Assembly: GCA_977030845.1 (NCBI GenBank)
Contig: OZ365113.1
Coordinates: 16,120,001 to 16,184,000, forward strand
Source of the DNA: Fimbriosthenelais zetlandica
Taxonomy: Eukaryota
Direction: 5' to 3'
Length of the DNA stretch: 64,000 nt
Positions 29,057 through 42,600 of this stretch are shown one piece after another. Each line of letters opens with the position of its first letter. Position 1 is the first letter of the stretch. The notes beneath the pieces are model-generated. The model had not been told where the DNA came from. It did no database searches and was given only the letters and a program-made list of their open reading frames with translations. The translations under genes and the position numbers were made by a program.

Positions 29057-32000
29057 AGGACATATCTGGATTAAAACTCGCGTTGAGACACGCTGCGAAT
29101 ATAATGTGGAGCTACGACCAGGCTCAAACACTCATTCTTGCACCATGTAAAACAAAGACTATGCGCTTGTGTATGTCTTTAGCGACTGTCTGATGTTGGT
29201 GAAGGCCAGTCAAAGCAACGAGAATAAAATATTTTACTCTCGTTGGTCAAAGTGATGTACATGGATTCTAATACAGCATATGGCACTGTGAAGGACAGTA
29301 GACCTACGACCAATGTTTAAATGTGCACAATTTAATCAGATGAATAGCAGGGAAATTTCTATGACCGCCTGAAAATACGATTGTTACGATGATCATGAAC
29401 GGTAAGGTTAATATGGTATGGTATGGTTAATGTAAAAATGTCCTGTTCAAAAAGAAATTCGCATTCCCATGTTACTGACGATTTCACCGAGCTGCATACC
29501 ATATGCTACTTTCATGAAGCCACTTAAAGGTAATTGGCTTGTTGCTAAGACTCCTGAGCTAAAATCGGTTAATAAATGGGGAAAAGATGCAAACCAACCA
29601 ACACGTAAGATCAGGAGTAATGAAGTGAATGGAGGTCTGATGTAAGCAATTGAGACGTGAATGGCTCCCAGCCCTAATGAGAGCTGCTCATTGTTTAACA
29701 CCTCATGTTTTCTACACCAATGAGTAAAGACAGAGCTGAGCTTTGTCTAAATGGGATTAGTAGCTTCAGGGCACAGGTTTCGTTTCCACTACATAAATGA
29801 ATACTTAACCACCAAGCAAATGCACATTTTTATTTTTAGAAAAGGGTATTACTTGTGACAAACCCTCAGGGTCACTCTGTCTGGATTTATGGAGAGCTTC
29901 TCAGGCTTAAGGTCATTGGGTGTTCCCAGGTGATCATCGGACTAAAAGGGCTACTTTTATAGCACCCATTGATATACATAGAGGAAATAACCCGCACGAT
30001 GCAATATCTGAAAACCGATGCTAACTTGAAATGCAATGAAACGCAGTCTCAAAACATTAAAGCGACACTGACTTTTTCAGAACTTGTTCAATATTGAAAA
30101 GTTAACATCAGTTAGTTTGTTCAGAAGCCTCTTCAGAATAACAGATCGAATTGCACTCTTTCTCAGAATTGAGATAGGAATCCTGTAGTTGACCCTCACA
30201 CAGGTTGCTCCCTTAAGGATGAAATGGTTGATCTTATTATCTCACGTACATACCATATTACCTGTCTGACTATTCAATCATGAAAAAAAGATTTCCATTT
30301 CACATTCATTCCTTGAAGGTTTGCATATCCATTCCATTTGCTGTTTCATTGACAATTCTCCCAGGCTATAACGTTCTTGAAGGAATTGGAATGTGATTCA
30401 ATCCAAGTCACGTCTGATGTAAATGAGCTGGCATCGAGGGTGGAGATCATGGTCCTTTGGAGGACTTTGCCGCTACAAATTACCTGGTACTTAAGGAAAG
30501 GCTAAATGCGACCTTTAACTAATCAGGCATGGTCTGTGGGCAATGACGAAGACTGCATTACAAGCGCAGTGGCTTATCGGAATTAGCCTATATGACCAGC
30601 ATATTCCTACCATAAAACAACTTGTAATCCATGCTGGCAATATAATATGTTCTATGATTAAATTTACAGTAACATCAGAGGGCTAGCTACATCATCCAAA
30701 ACTTTAGGATGCCTCGTGGATGAAGGAAAGATGCCTGGATCAAAACTGAAAATCTAAATTCCATCAGCACCCTCCAGCTAGCACCTTAATTAACCTTTCC
30801 CCTACTTGATTTCATTTAAAAGGCATCCTGATGGATCGGCTAACTTTGATGAAATAGCCTTTTGCTCCTATCGCCCCCGTCATCTCATTTTCTTGTTTTA
30901 CCACGCTTGCAATCACGTGTAATCTTGGTTGGAAGCCATTCAAATGATGCATGGGGTATTTTTATTATAAAGGAAGAATAGGTAGCCATTGTTTACGGCT
31001 GATGGAGTGTGAGACATAGATGCGCTCCGAGATATATATCAAATATATGCACCACGCGTAAAAAAACCATGATATATGTTCGAAGTATGAAAGGAAAAGT
31101 TTTTCAAATTATAAGTTTTTCTCTCAAGAGATATCTCAACATTATCATATAAATGCAGGAAATAATAAATATGCGGTAAAGCTGTACTCTGGAAATACTT
31201 GCTAAGACGTATTGTCAATAGTGACAACAAGCAAGAGATATGATGAATGACCCAAACTCACAGAGGCAAAAATAAGTGAACTCCTCTTCAGTTTTATCAG
31301 CAGATATCTCGCCGGAGGTCACCAGGGCTGAGCGATCTCCTGACGGGAAAGTGTCGGCCATTATCGTTCCTCCAAATATCAGTAGTGACAAGTACATGGA
31401 AATCTTAACGTGAGAAATAGGGGAAGATGATGAAATAGCTCGAGGAAGGACTGTTTGTGCTGGCCTATAGTGTGTGCTTCAGACTTTGAACTCTATCAAT
31501 ATCATCAAATAAGGTCAGCCTATGTAGGATGGAGGCGGGGATCAAAGACGTCGGTAGTGCCACATGTGGTTACACGGGGAGGGAAGCACACAAAGTGTGT
31601 GAAGCTGTCACACAAATTAGAGGAAGGTATAAGCCGAGACGACACAATACGGCGAATGATGAATGTCAATGGTTTGCATAAGATCCATCTAGAAAGTAGA
31701 GATAGCTAACGTCTACCAAATGCCTTTCCATATCTTCCCATATTCATGTCATCCACTGGTTATAGGACAAGCAGAACCGACTTTTTCATCTTTTCACTTT
31801 GCAATAGTGTCAATATAGCTATATAGCGATTACATTTTAATTCCCCTGATACTGCCACGTATGAATACCTAGAGACTGCTTCAAAATTAATATTAACCCT
31901 AGACTTAGCATTGCTAATATTCCTTTTGAAACAGGCCCTTGAATACCATATCTGTAAGTATAATGCTGAATAAATGTTTTTGTAAGCTGAGTTTAGACCC

Positions 32001-33519
32001 TCATCCGCAGGGGAGTAGGAAAACACCTGCATAATCTGATTTTACTGGATATTAATCCCACTATCTCGATCTAAAAGACGATATGGCATCAGATTTATAG
32101 AGTCTAGGAAGTACATACAACACAAAAGGAGCTGTCAAGATAAATACGGGTAAGCCTGATAAATGAGTCTTATTGCCAATATGGCTGACCTGCAAAAAAC
32201 ATTAGGCCATAAAGTCATCTGATTCTACTCATTCGTCATGGTGATCACTATACATCATAACCTGGACAGACAGGTATCTTACTAGGTAATCCATCTATTA
32301 AACCTTTTGTCCAGGATGTACAGATTTCTGTGCACCCTATATATAGTCAGAGAGGAAATATACCATCCAATTGTAGGCCTATAGACCTAACATCACGTTA
32401 TAATTGATAGAATGTTGCAGCCTTTGGCATATTTGACTGTCAATTACTTAATTGACTTTTAACATGAGAACAGTTTACCCTCAAATTGTATAAGGCAATT
32501 AAAGCCATGGAAAAGAACAGTTTCAAATTCTATCAGTAATGGGAAAGGCCTACACAGAAAACTTTCATATCAAATTTAGCAATCAATAATTCAAACTGTA
32601 GGCATGTTTTCCTTTTTAGATAGGCACACTAATGAATGTATAAACGTCACACATCTGTTTTAATTTACCGTTAAATTATTCACTTATACAGCTTTCAAAT
32701 CATGAAGCACTATGGGAGCTTTTTCAATTGGAAATTCAGTATGTTGCCAAACTTGGCAGTGTGTAATTGGAATCTTTAATTTAATGTTACTAAGACAGCG
32801 ATTACTTATAAGGTCAATATCGTCCATCAGGATGATACACATATAGCAAGTTGCACAAATATCCACATCTTATAATATAAGGTGAATTCATTATTAACTT
32901 CTGGACAGAATGTCAACACATTTGCATCTCCCTGAAGTGTCATACATTTCAGTAATTCTATATTTGGTCAGATACAAATGTATGTCCATAGTCGGGGGAA
33001 ATATGCCCATAGTATTAGCCAGCTGACATGAATTTCTCATGGCAGGAAGTAAAGAGCGTGCAATACTGCCCCCTGACCTTCAGCAATAGGTCTGTAGCTC
33101 CTCTAGTGGAACCTACTTAAACAACTCTGTTCTCTCCGTCTGCGAGAAGGTACGTGTCTATGAACATGTTGAGTGAAATACAGTGTGAAGCACATGCTTA
33201 GATATTATTCAACTTCATCCATTAAGCTTCCAATTCTATTCCCACGGATATTCACTTTCCTTATTGGCATTTTTCAAACCTAATTATTCTAATTAGGATT
33301 GCCATGTTGTCACAAATAAAGAGCATGGATGTATTTTTGTTGGTTAGCTGTTGCTTCTGTAACATGCATGATTAAGCCAGATATTTGATTTGTCCATCGC
33401 TTCACCAAACACCATAGTCATGGCAAATATTTCCTGATCCCCAAAAAAGCATGGTTACCCCAGGATTAATTGTTTTATTGATGTTCAACTGTTTGTAACG
33501 TTCACTGTTGCCACGATGT

Positions 33520-34110
33520 GCTCGATCACCCGGGGACGCATTGAGGGAAGTTTACTGCCCACAAGATTCATGATTAAACGCGTCTATACCCCAGAAAGTA
33601 CAGGGTCATTGTTATTCATCGAGGCAACCCCTTGATCTACACGTGTGTTTCAACCAATTGCCTGCATATCTGTGGGGAATTGATGCTGGGTGGACCAAAT
33701 TATCGAAAGAGGACTTGAATACTAATGTTGAAAATTTGGCGAAGACAAACTCTCTTAGACAATCCCGACTTGACAACTTATTGGATTCTTTACCGCAGGC
33801 TATGAGATCCCGGGTATGTGTTAACGCCAATTATCGAAACTTAATTTGTGTTTGCTGATGTGGGAAGCCCTATAAGCGTGTTCATTTCAATCCCGAATCA
33901 GCGAAGCTAAACTCAGTAGGGGTACGCCCGGAGGATGTTGGCATCACAGTTGTGTGAAAGATGAGGGGATTCTTACTGGTACAACTGGTTGTAGTGCTGC
34001 CGTGAAGTGCTCTACTACTGTGATTTAGCTCGGCCGTTCACCTAAATGGAAGTGTGGGCCATGTTTGCCGAAAAAAAGAACTGAAACAAGGAAAGAAACT
34101 CGAGATCCGT
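33520..34110 (+). pseudogene. Decayed PHD-finger-like coding remnant (probably transposon-associated)
   Basis: LICVC*CGKPY ... LCER*GDSYWYNWL* ... PKWKCGPC gives the C4HC3 spacing if the stops are mutated Cys codons and N is a mutated His. Confidence 0.4.
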
Positions 34111-36239
34111 GCTTGTCCTTAGCGCGAACTTTTTTCTCTCCTTGAGATTTATTCCCCTCTCTCTTCACGTGCCACCTTGAAATAAAAAACTTCATATATA
34201 AGTATATGGTCTCTGCTAAAGCCGAGCCATTTTTTGCGTTCTCCGGCCTTGTTTTTCACAGAAATTTATTACCTCAAACAGAGAGAAAAAATACGCCCTT
34301 TGTATAAAAATAAACACTATAATAACCTGACAAAATCAGTCAAACGCTATGTACAGTCATCATCTACAGCCTGTTCAGAATAAGTTGATCCCACATTAAA
34401 GTACATTTACTATGGTAATGTGGAAACATATTCTGAACATACTGATTTATGTACTTATGTTATCTTCAGGAAGCATCCTACATCCCGCATACTCTATATA
34501 GGTCATGTTACATATATGAGATTATACATGTCCTATGGTTTTAGGGTCGTAATCATGTAGCAGGCCCCCTTTTTAAAAGGGATTCTCATGAATCTAGAAA
34601 TTGTGCATTTCTAAAAAAAAAAAAAAAAAACCCACAAAAAAACCTATACATTCGGCAATCCATCAGGTCTAGCAAACGCGCCCCAGGGGACCTCAATACA
34701 TCCTACTTGGCCTTTTAATTCTGGATACCTTGAATCACAATGTTGTCACGAAGGGTTGCTACGTGGAAGAATCTCTAGAGATTGAAGTGATCTAACGGCA
34801 TGGGAAATGAAATCTTGTGGGATATGAAAGTCATGGGCAGAAGTTTCATGTGGTTCTGGTGTCGCGACAATGGATGTCCCTGGAGACATTTCCTGACAAT
34901 GTTCCATCAAAGTTGAACAAAAAGGACTGTGACCCATGTGGAGCTGGCTCTGAATTTTACATAATTGCTGCCAGCTTCAGACGTCTTCACAATTCACCCT
35001 AATGACTAATGGAGATGACCCAATAAAGGTTAGCATCATGAGGTACACCTTTGATCCATCATTAGGAATACATATAATTTATAGAACTAAATATTCTAAA
35101 TATTAATTAAAAACTGTCTACAACTAAATATATCAAACAAATTATTTCAGAAGAAAGAAATGTCAGTCATTAATTTCCAACTCACCATACTCTGTGTGAA
35201 TGGGAAAATCTTATAATTTACATTTATTCACCATGGGATTTCAATGAATGCCTCTCGTTCACTGCAAGGCTTATCAAATCTGACTTTGGCCATACGGCAC
35301 AGATCCATCCAATCCATAATAATTAGTCCCAGATCATGACAGATGGGGAATGGATCAATCTTTGCTGAGGACTGGCCTCTTACAGAGACGGAGCTTCAGT
35401 CAAAGCCATTAACATGGTCAATGTCGGGTGACAGATTAACAACAAGTACCACCCATGAGAAGCTGGGGTCCAGGCTCAATATATGTTCATCAGGGAGTTC
35501 TGTTGGAACAAATTAGCATTGACTTTGAACAAATTCAGATCCATCATGCTCGAGTCTCTTGTCACATCTCAGTCATACAATTTTCAATTTTGTCGCTTGT
35601 CATAAACTCTTCGATTTTCCACCCAGTTCATCCAATTGGAATTAAGGAAAGCAAGAAGTACCCTTGCGCATGCTAGTAGCCCGATTGCGCCATATTGCCC
35701 AGATTTCTACATCAATGAGCGAAAATGCCCATCATGCCCTTTGCCTATTTTTTATGATCAATGGTAGCGTATTTTGCTTGCCAAAAGCTGTGTTCTGAAC
35801 AGGTAATTAAACACTATTTGACGTCAAGGAAAATGAACATGGTGTCAGAGGATACAATGTATATCATCATCTTATACTGCTTGACGCAAATAAATAGCCT
35901 AACTATATATATCATAATAGATTTTGATTAACTGATATTATACTCTTTAAATAGTTGTAACCGGAAAATTATATGATATAATCCAGGACCTTTAACTGGG
36001 CACAACACAAGAGACCAGCAAGGTTTAGTGGGTGGGTAATCGTTGAGCTTCTTTCAAGTTTCATCCCTGAGACCTTAACCTTCAGCATCAAGTTCACTTT
36101 GACATTTTCTGTTGGGACAGCCATTATTAGATCAAGTGAAAAAGCCAGGTTGGATCATTATATTTTGCTGATAGCCTCACAGTAATGTGATAAGTGAGAT
36201 GTTCGTATCACATTTTTCGGCAATTTAAACAATTGCCCA

Positions 36240-36620
36240 ATACGTGTTCGCATGTGGTCTATAAGAGTTTGGCCGAAAACAATTCATGGAATTGGCTCGC
36301 CCCACTGATTTTTGTCAGATTTCATCAGTTTCTGTAAGTAGACACATTTGCGATCCAGGTCCCAATGCTGGAAGGCTGACACAGCCTCCCACGTCCCTGC
36401 ATGAGATTAATGGGCACTATGACCTTAAGCTTCCTCTCTCAATCTTGTGCTCTCTGCAACATAAAATGCAAGAAATTTCTTTCGGCAACAACTAGGTTTC
36501 AACGGCTTAACAGCATTTTCAAATTCTTCCTTGGATTTCCTTTGCATAGCCTTGTTTCAATTGGAAATCGTTTGGACTTTGATATGCACCACAAATTTAA
36601 TCGACACTTGTGTTTGTCAG
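36240..36620 (-). mobile_element. Possible decayed DNA-transposon ORF fragment
   Basis: Minus frame MQRKSKEEFENAVKPLKPSCCRKKFLAFY...HWDLDRKCVYLQKLMK has few stops and a CCxKKxL motif of the kind seen in Sola-like transposases; by eye only. Confidence 0.2.
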
Positions 36621-39600
36621 CATCAGTTTCCTCCATGCATGGCGCTATTGTCTAATGGCAAGTATAATATGGGTAGGCCAGATCCTAAGTGATAAATTGG
36701 TGTTCAGGGCACTAACCCAAACCCGTGAAGCGGAGTAAAATAGCCATATGTCATGCGCTAGACAGCCAAGCGTGTAATCATTTTAGCTTTTACCATGTAC
36801 CATTTCCAGTTTCAAAATAGAAGTTTAACTGCGGAAAAGAGGACATGGCTTGGTTGAAATAGCTTCACGTGCCAGGATCCACAGAACCCCAAGGCCTCAA
36901 ATTTTTTGCCCATCGTGCGACAACTTTCAGGAACCAGTATTTTTTTCAAGCCAATCAAATCAGAGCTTCCCAGCCAAATGAACCACTCTATCTCCAACTA
37001 ACTAGATTCACTGTCCGATTTCAGGTGCTTTCAAGATGTCAGAGCCCATAAACAAAATCATGAAGCAAGCTCATATTTTATCTTTTATCAGTGGTATTTC
37101 CAGAGAAGATAGGTTATCGTTAGTAAAGCGATTTATCTGAATCGTCTTGTTTTCCGAAACAGAAAGATGAATATGGAAAGTAATTAGCGATTATCGCCAA
37201 ACCTAGAGCTGGAATACTTTTAACATGAAGAGTCTCAAGAGAAATCTACTCTTCGATCACCTTCACCTCTCTTATAGTCGGAGGCATCACATAAACTTTT
37301 AGTATTAGATGTCATAAATTAACTGGGAAACTGTTCTGTGGATTAGCTGGAACATATTGTAACGGTAGCACGTTCTCATTCCTGTGTTAGCATTGTATCA
37401 ACGAATATTATGAGCGACAGTCCCTTGCAAGGCTCACGTGACAGTTTATGGCTCCTTTCAATTCTGCCTCAATACAATGCTTGATACAATTCCACAGACC
37501 CATTAAGGTAAAATAATGCACATTCTTTGGAGTTTCCTTGTTTTAAATTTAGGAACAACTAGGTCACCTGCTTACGACCTACTTCACCAGAACTTATGTA
37601 TAAGATTCATGAAGACTACAGAAGCTAAGAAAGTAATTATCTCCTTCTCACACCACCAACACTTCAAGTTCAGACTGAACACCCCTGACGTATACAAATG
37701 GAAGAAAATTGTCACCGATATGTACGACAATGGAGCAGGCTCTCAGTACTTTTCTGCTGCCTATGTGGGTATGTAGAATTTCCTGAAATATACATAAATG
37801 ACTAGAATGCTTGCCCAGTTGCCGTACTTTTAGTCTATAGATCTATCTATATGGTATTCAACAAAGTCTTAAGATGGTGGTCAAGACTCACATTTGTCGT
37901 TCAATGCTGATTGTCCAGTCTCATGCATTATTCCATCACATCCAACCCGATCTGGGGTTACAGAATCTCTACTGGCAGGTGCATTTGAAACCAGCGATTG
38001 ATGGCATGAAGCAAGATCTGCAATGCCTACTAATTCTCCATTTGTAATTCATGGAATGACACGGAGAAAGAACCATGCATCCCAATGAATGTATCCCATA
38101 ATTATGAAAACTGAATTATTATTTCCTAACACTTGTCAATTGATGTCATAAGAATATTCAAACAACATTTGAGATAAGGGGTGCTGGCTGAGAGATTTGT
38201 CTCATAAATTGCTGTCCAAAATGATACTAAGATAAATAGATTGTCGAAACTTATTATGACTAAAACAATTTGTTGCAATCTGTATCCAGAGATTAGATTT
38301 CAATCAATCAGAAATCCACATGAGAGGAAGTTTACATTCTATAATGTTTTACAGGTGACATATTAATGAAGTGGCATCTAAGCTTAGCTAAATACAAAGC
38401 TCTTACATACATGCTTGTATAATAAGTAAACTGAAAGTGTGCATAGAGAAGAAAAGAATAAGTCCGTAAAAACGACTGATCGCCTGCATGGTGTAAAAAA
38501 ACCTATGCCACTACGTCGGTTTTACCTCATTTAGATATTGCACTTGGGATTGGTCCAATGCCGAGAGAGACGAGTTACACTAACTTGCATCAATTCTACT
38601 GACATTTCCAATAGCCACAAGCTACTGATATCTGCAGAGCTATATATAAAGGCCATTCTCTTGCAACACAAAACACAAATTCTTGTCATATGGGGAGCAT
38701 TAACCTAGAGAGTTTCCTCACAGGGGTCTTCAAAGAGGTAGGATAGGTTTCTTCAGAGTTCCCAATGCCCCTTGGAACATTAATGTCCTCCTAAAAGGCA
38801 TATTGTTTATGTCACGCTATTGTATTTAAGAGAGTTGATTAAAGGGACACGTGACAGCTCATCGTATGGAATGATTGATTATCATGAATCTCTTTCAGCT
38901 GCTCATAAACATAACATTTATATGGGGACTAATGCCTTTAAGTAATACGACAAGGCTTTCTGTAATCTCTGGTACGAAACAAGTCCAGCGAAAGGTTTCT
39001 GATTGCCAGCAAATGAAAGGAACCATGTGGTGATGCAGGTGGTAGGTCGAAGCCCTGCTTTCTATATGGGTGTAGTGCTTAACGTGATGAACAATGAGCA
39101 TGAACAAGAATACCCTTAAGTATAGTTTATCATCATCTATCGTACCATGCTCCATCTGTGAGGGTGATGCTTCATTATTCACCATCAGATATTCACGGTG
39201 TCTGAACAAACAAACTAAATTGTAGGTGACTTTATCTGACAGGCTATACAACCTAATTGATTATCAAAAGATTTCTTGCAGTTCCATAGTTGGGATAATG
39301 CTCTGTTCTATGAGTCTACAGTAGCTTCTTAAAGAACAGTGTTCAGGAACTTTGTGTATAAAACTCAGAAAAAACGAGCTGAAATTTATGGCAGCTGCAG
39401 ACTAATTAATATATAAGTTAGCAGCAAGTGTGTAGGTTCACGTACCAAGACATAATATATGGATTGACGTCGGCTGGGCAATATATTGACAATACTAGAA
39501 TCTCAAGCAATTTGCCTATTCATGTAGGTTTATTGATTGGGGCATCACTTACTCTCCTTGGTTCAATATTATCGAGCCTGAGGAATACAAGAAAATACAT

Positions 39601-42600
39601 TTCTGGGATAAGCTACTTCCTTCTTTCAAGGGATGCATCTATTTACTTGAATCTCCCAATATAACGTAATCTAGTTGCAATTCGGTTCTAAGAGAGCCTC
39701 ACAGTTTCCAGTTTTTACACTTGATGCCTTTTCTATTACCTTTATAAATGATTCAGCCCGCACTGGATCAAATACATTGATTGTGTCTCCTTCTTATCTT
39801 TTCCTTCCATATAGGTCTACTCTACAATCCTACAAAATCATCTCACCTTCTAGCTTCCTTTCTTATGTCTTTTACTCAAGACCTTCATGCCTATTTTTGC
39901 AATTGAGCCTTGCGATGATTGAATCGCAGCTATAACATAAATTCGGATTTTTGTGCGATCACATGCGATTGGCAAATGACTGCTTCATGCTTGCGACCTA
40001 TTAGGCTACTCGCTACATCATCCCACACCTCGTTGCTATCCAATGCTGGATAGTTTTCTGTCACTGCATTTTCTTTCAGTGAGGGTTTGCTGCAACTTGC
40101 GCAGGATTTTCCCTTTTATTGATTTTCCTGTGACAGATGCAGTTATACAACAGGGGGATTGATCCCTTGAATAGCACTTATTCTTTCGTTAATTCATCTA
40201 CTTCCACACAATTACCTCTACCTTTCAGAAAGCAGAGGGAAAAATTCTGCTGCGGTTGCTCAGCTGGCAAGATGTAGGCCCTCTTTGCCAGGATCCTGAA
40301 GATGGTCATTGCTCATCAAAATACTTAGATGAGCAGCACGTACCAGACTAATTAATAACTTTGTTTGTGAAACACGGACATCACACTTCTGTACCGGTTT
40401 CAAATAAACCAAATTGGGACAGACAGGAGGAAGGCACTTGAACCGGTGTTCAATATTTACTCTGCCTCCAAGACAGTGAACCGATAAAATATTCATACAA
40501 GATCACTTTGTTTAAAAAAAACTCGGAACAAAAAAGCCACGATTGAGATGGCAGGGCAAAGGCCTGGCATACGTGATCTTGAATTTTTCTATCACATTCA
40601 TATTGAGAGATATCATAACCGTCTGTAATCTGCTTTGATGTGATGTGGAAATTGGCTTTACACGGGATCGTCGTCAGAATTCGTGCTTCTCCATTGGATA
40701 AAATAATCCGAGTCCAATCGACAGGGAGTTGATCTAGCTTGGCGTTGTGGGTCTTTGTCTGAGACCTCTCTCTGCTCATGCTTTATCAGACGAAAGCGGT
40801 AGAAACGGCTATCTGCCTTTGGCTGGCTTTCCCTGCCATTAGTATGCATTGGGGATAGGCATCTGCTCCATACACTGGAAATGCAAGCGAGTGGAAATAC
40901 ACTGCTTGTACAAGTCCTACACAGGGGTATTTCCCCATGGTCAACACTTTATGCAGACATGTTTTACACCCTGGTCAAAGAGTTATACTGCACGAAAGAG
41001 TAAATAATAAGGTGCTATATGAAGATCAAATAGGTCAATATCATAATTTAGAGTGAGCTGCTCCAATGGACCCACGTTTCAACGCATGCATGTGGAAACG
41101 TATTCACGAATTGCATATAAATGGAGTCAATGATCTGTGGTGCAAGTCAGGAATGGTTTCGTTATGAAAACAGTGACTCAAGTGATGCCAAATTATGCAT
41201 AATCAGTGCCCGCGTCCCTGCAGTTTCTTTCTGTCCCTTGGTGTCTATCTGTTTCCTCCGTTCACAAAGCAGGTGCTGTGTGTAGATAAAATAAAGTTAG
41301 ACAGTATACCATCTTTTTGAAGTGGCACTCAGAAATAAGCAAAGTATGATTCATCTGCCAGCCTTTTCCCAAGTAATGAAGTTGAGGTTTATTACCCCTG
41401 CTTCGCCAAGGCTCGAGGAGACAAGAGAAAGTTTATGCACATTCAAAAAGCCTGGCTCCGTGCATGATGGTGTTCAATGTTCAAGGCGATAAAAGGTTTC
41501 TTTATTTACTTTAACATTGTGATGCAAAACAGGTGCAAAACAGTTGGTTCTACTTTGGAAACAAAAAGAATTATTAAAAAAAAATAGGCGATGTCTTTCT
41601 GTTGGTAAAGCTAAATCACTTTTTCATACTGGCCATACACTACTTTTAGTCATTAATGTATACTTCTTCTTCGGTCTTCCTTCTTTTTAATGTTATGAGG
41701 GTTCCAAATGAGGAACAAAAATGAAATAAAAAGATGGTTATTAAGGTAATATCCGTAATTTCCCTGAGTCTGATTCGATTAAAAATGCCTATTTCCAGCA
41801 AAATACAACTCATAAGGAAAGAAAAAAATAACATGAATAACAAAACCCAATAAGCCTTTGCACTGCCACAGTGCACATCCTCAAGAATGAAGTCTTTCAC
41901 GAGGAGCATTATAATCTCGCATTTCTCCAGTTCTAGCTTGCTGTGTAATACGATGCGTCACCACATCTTATAGGCCTAGTTACCGTATAGACTTCCAAAC
42001 ACTTAGACATAATGCTTTAATGGCCTCTCCATACTGCAACATTTGAATATATACGTAGTGTAGACCTATATTAAGTTTGAGATGCATAATAAAATAATAA
42101 AGCCCTCGGGATTTAAGTGCCGTTACTCCACATCATACTTGTCAGAAAACTATTTCACTCAAGGTTGCAAAATATTTGATCCATTCATAAGGGGACTCAG
42201 TTCCGTTACATAATCACAGCAGCGGCACAGATTACTTGAGGGAAAAGACTCCCCCTTCCGCACGGATGCATGGAAAGCCGACTGCAATATTTGAATTGGA
42301 ATTTTAAGAAGATATGCATTGTCATCCCCGTGGGCGATTGTTCACTGGCACAATAAATAAAAATAATCTCATAGAAGAATATCCTTATCTGTCACTTGCA
42401 TGTGCAACTCGATATCTTTAGAATTGGTTCTTCAAAAATACTTAGAACATTAGACTTTTAGTATCCTCATTATAAATGGACTACTTATCATTATTATAAA
42501 TATCCATATCATATCTCGATTCATTGCTAGGTTCGAATATGTCATAAGCAAGCATAGAATGTGATTTATACATCTCCTAGCTGGACGTTTGCGGAGATTT

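Noticed and set aside
39040-39130. SWIM-like YSCSCSLF; also Tc1/pogo-like FLIMDN at ~47660 and transposase-like DNGAGSQY at ~37730
   Set aside because: Isolated 6-8 residue resemblances, insufficient for a call.
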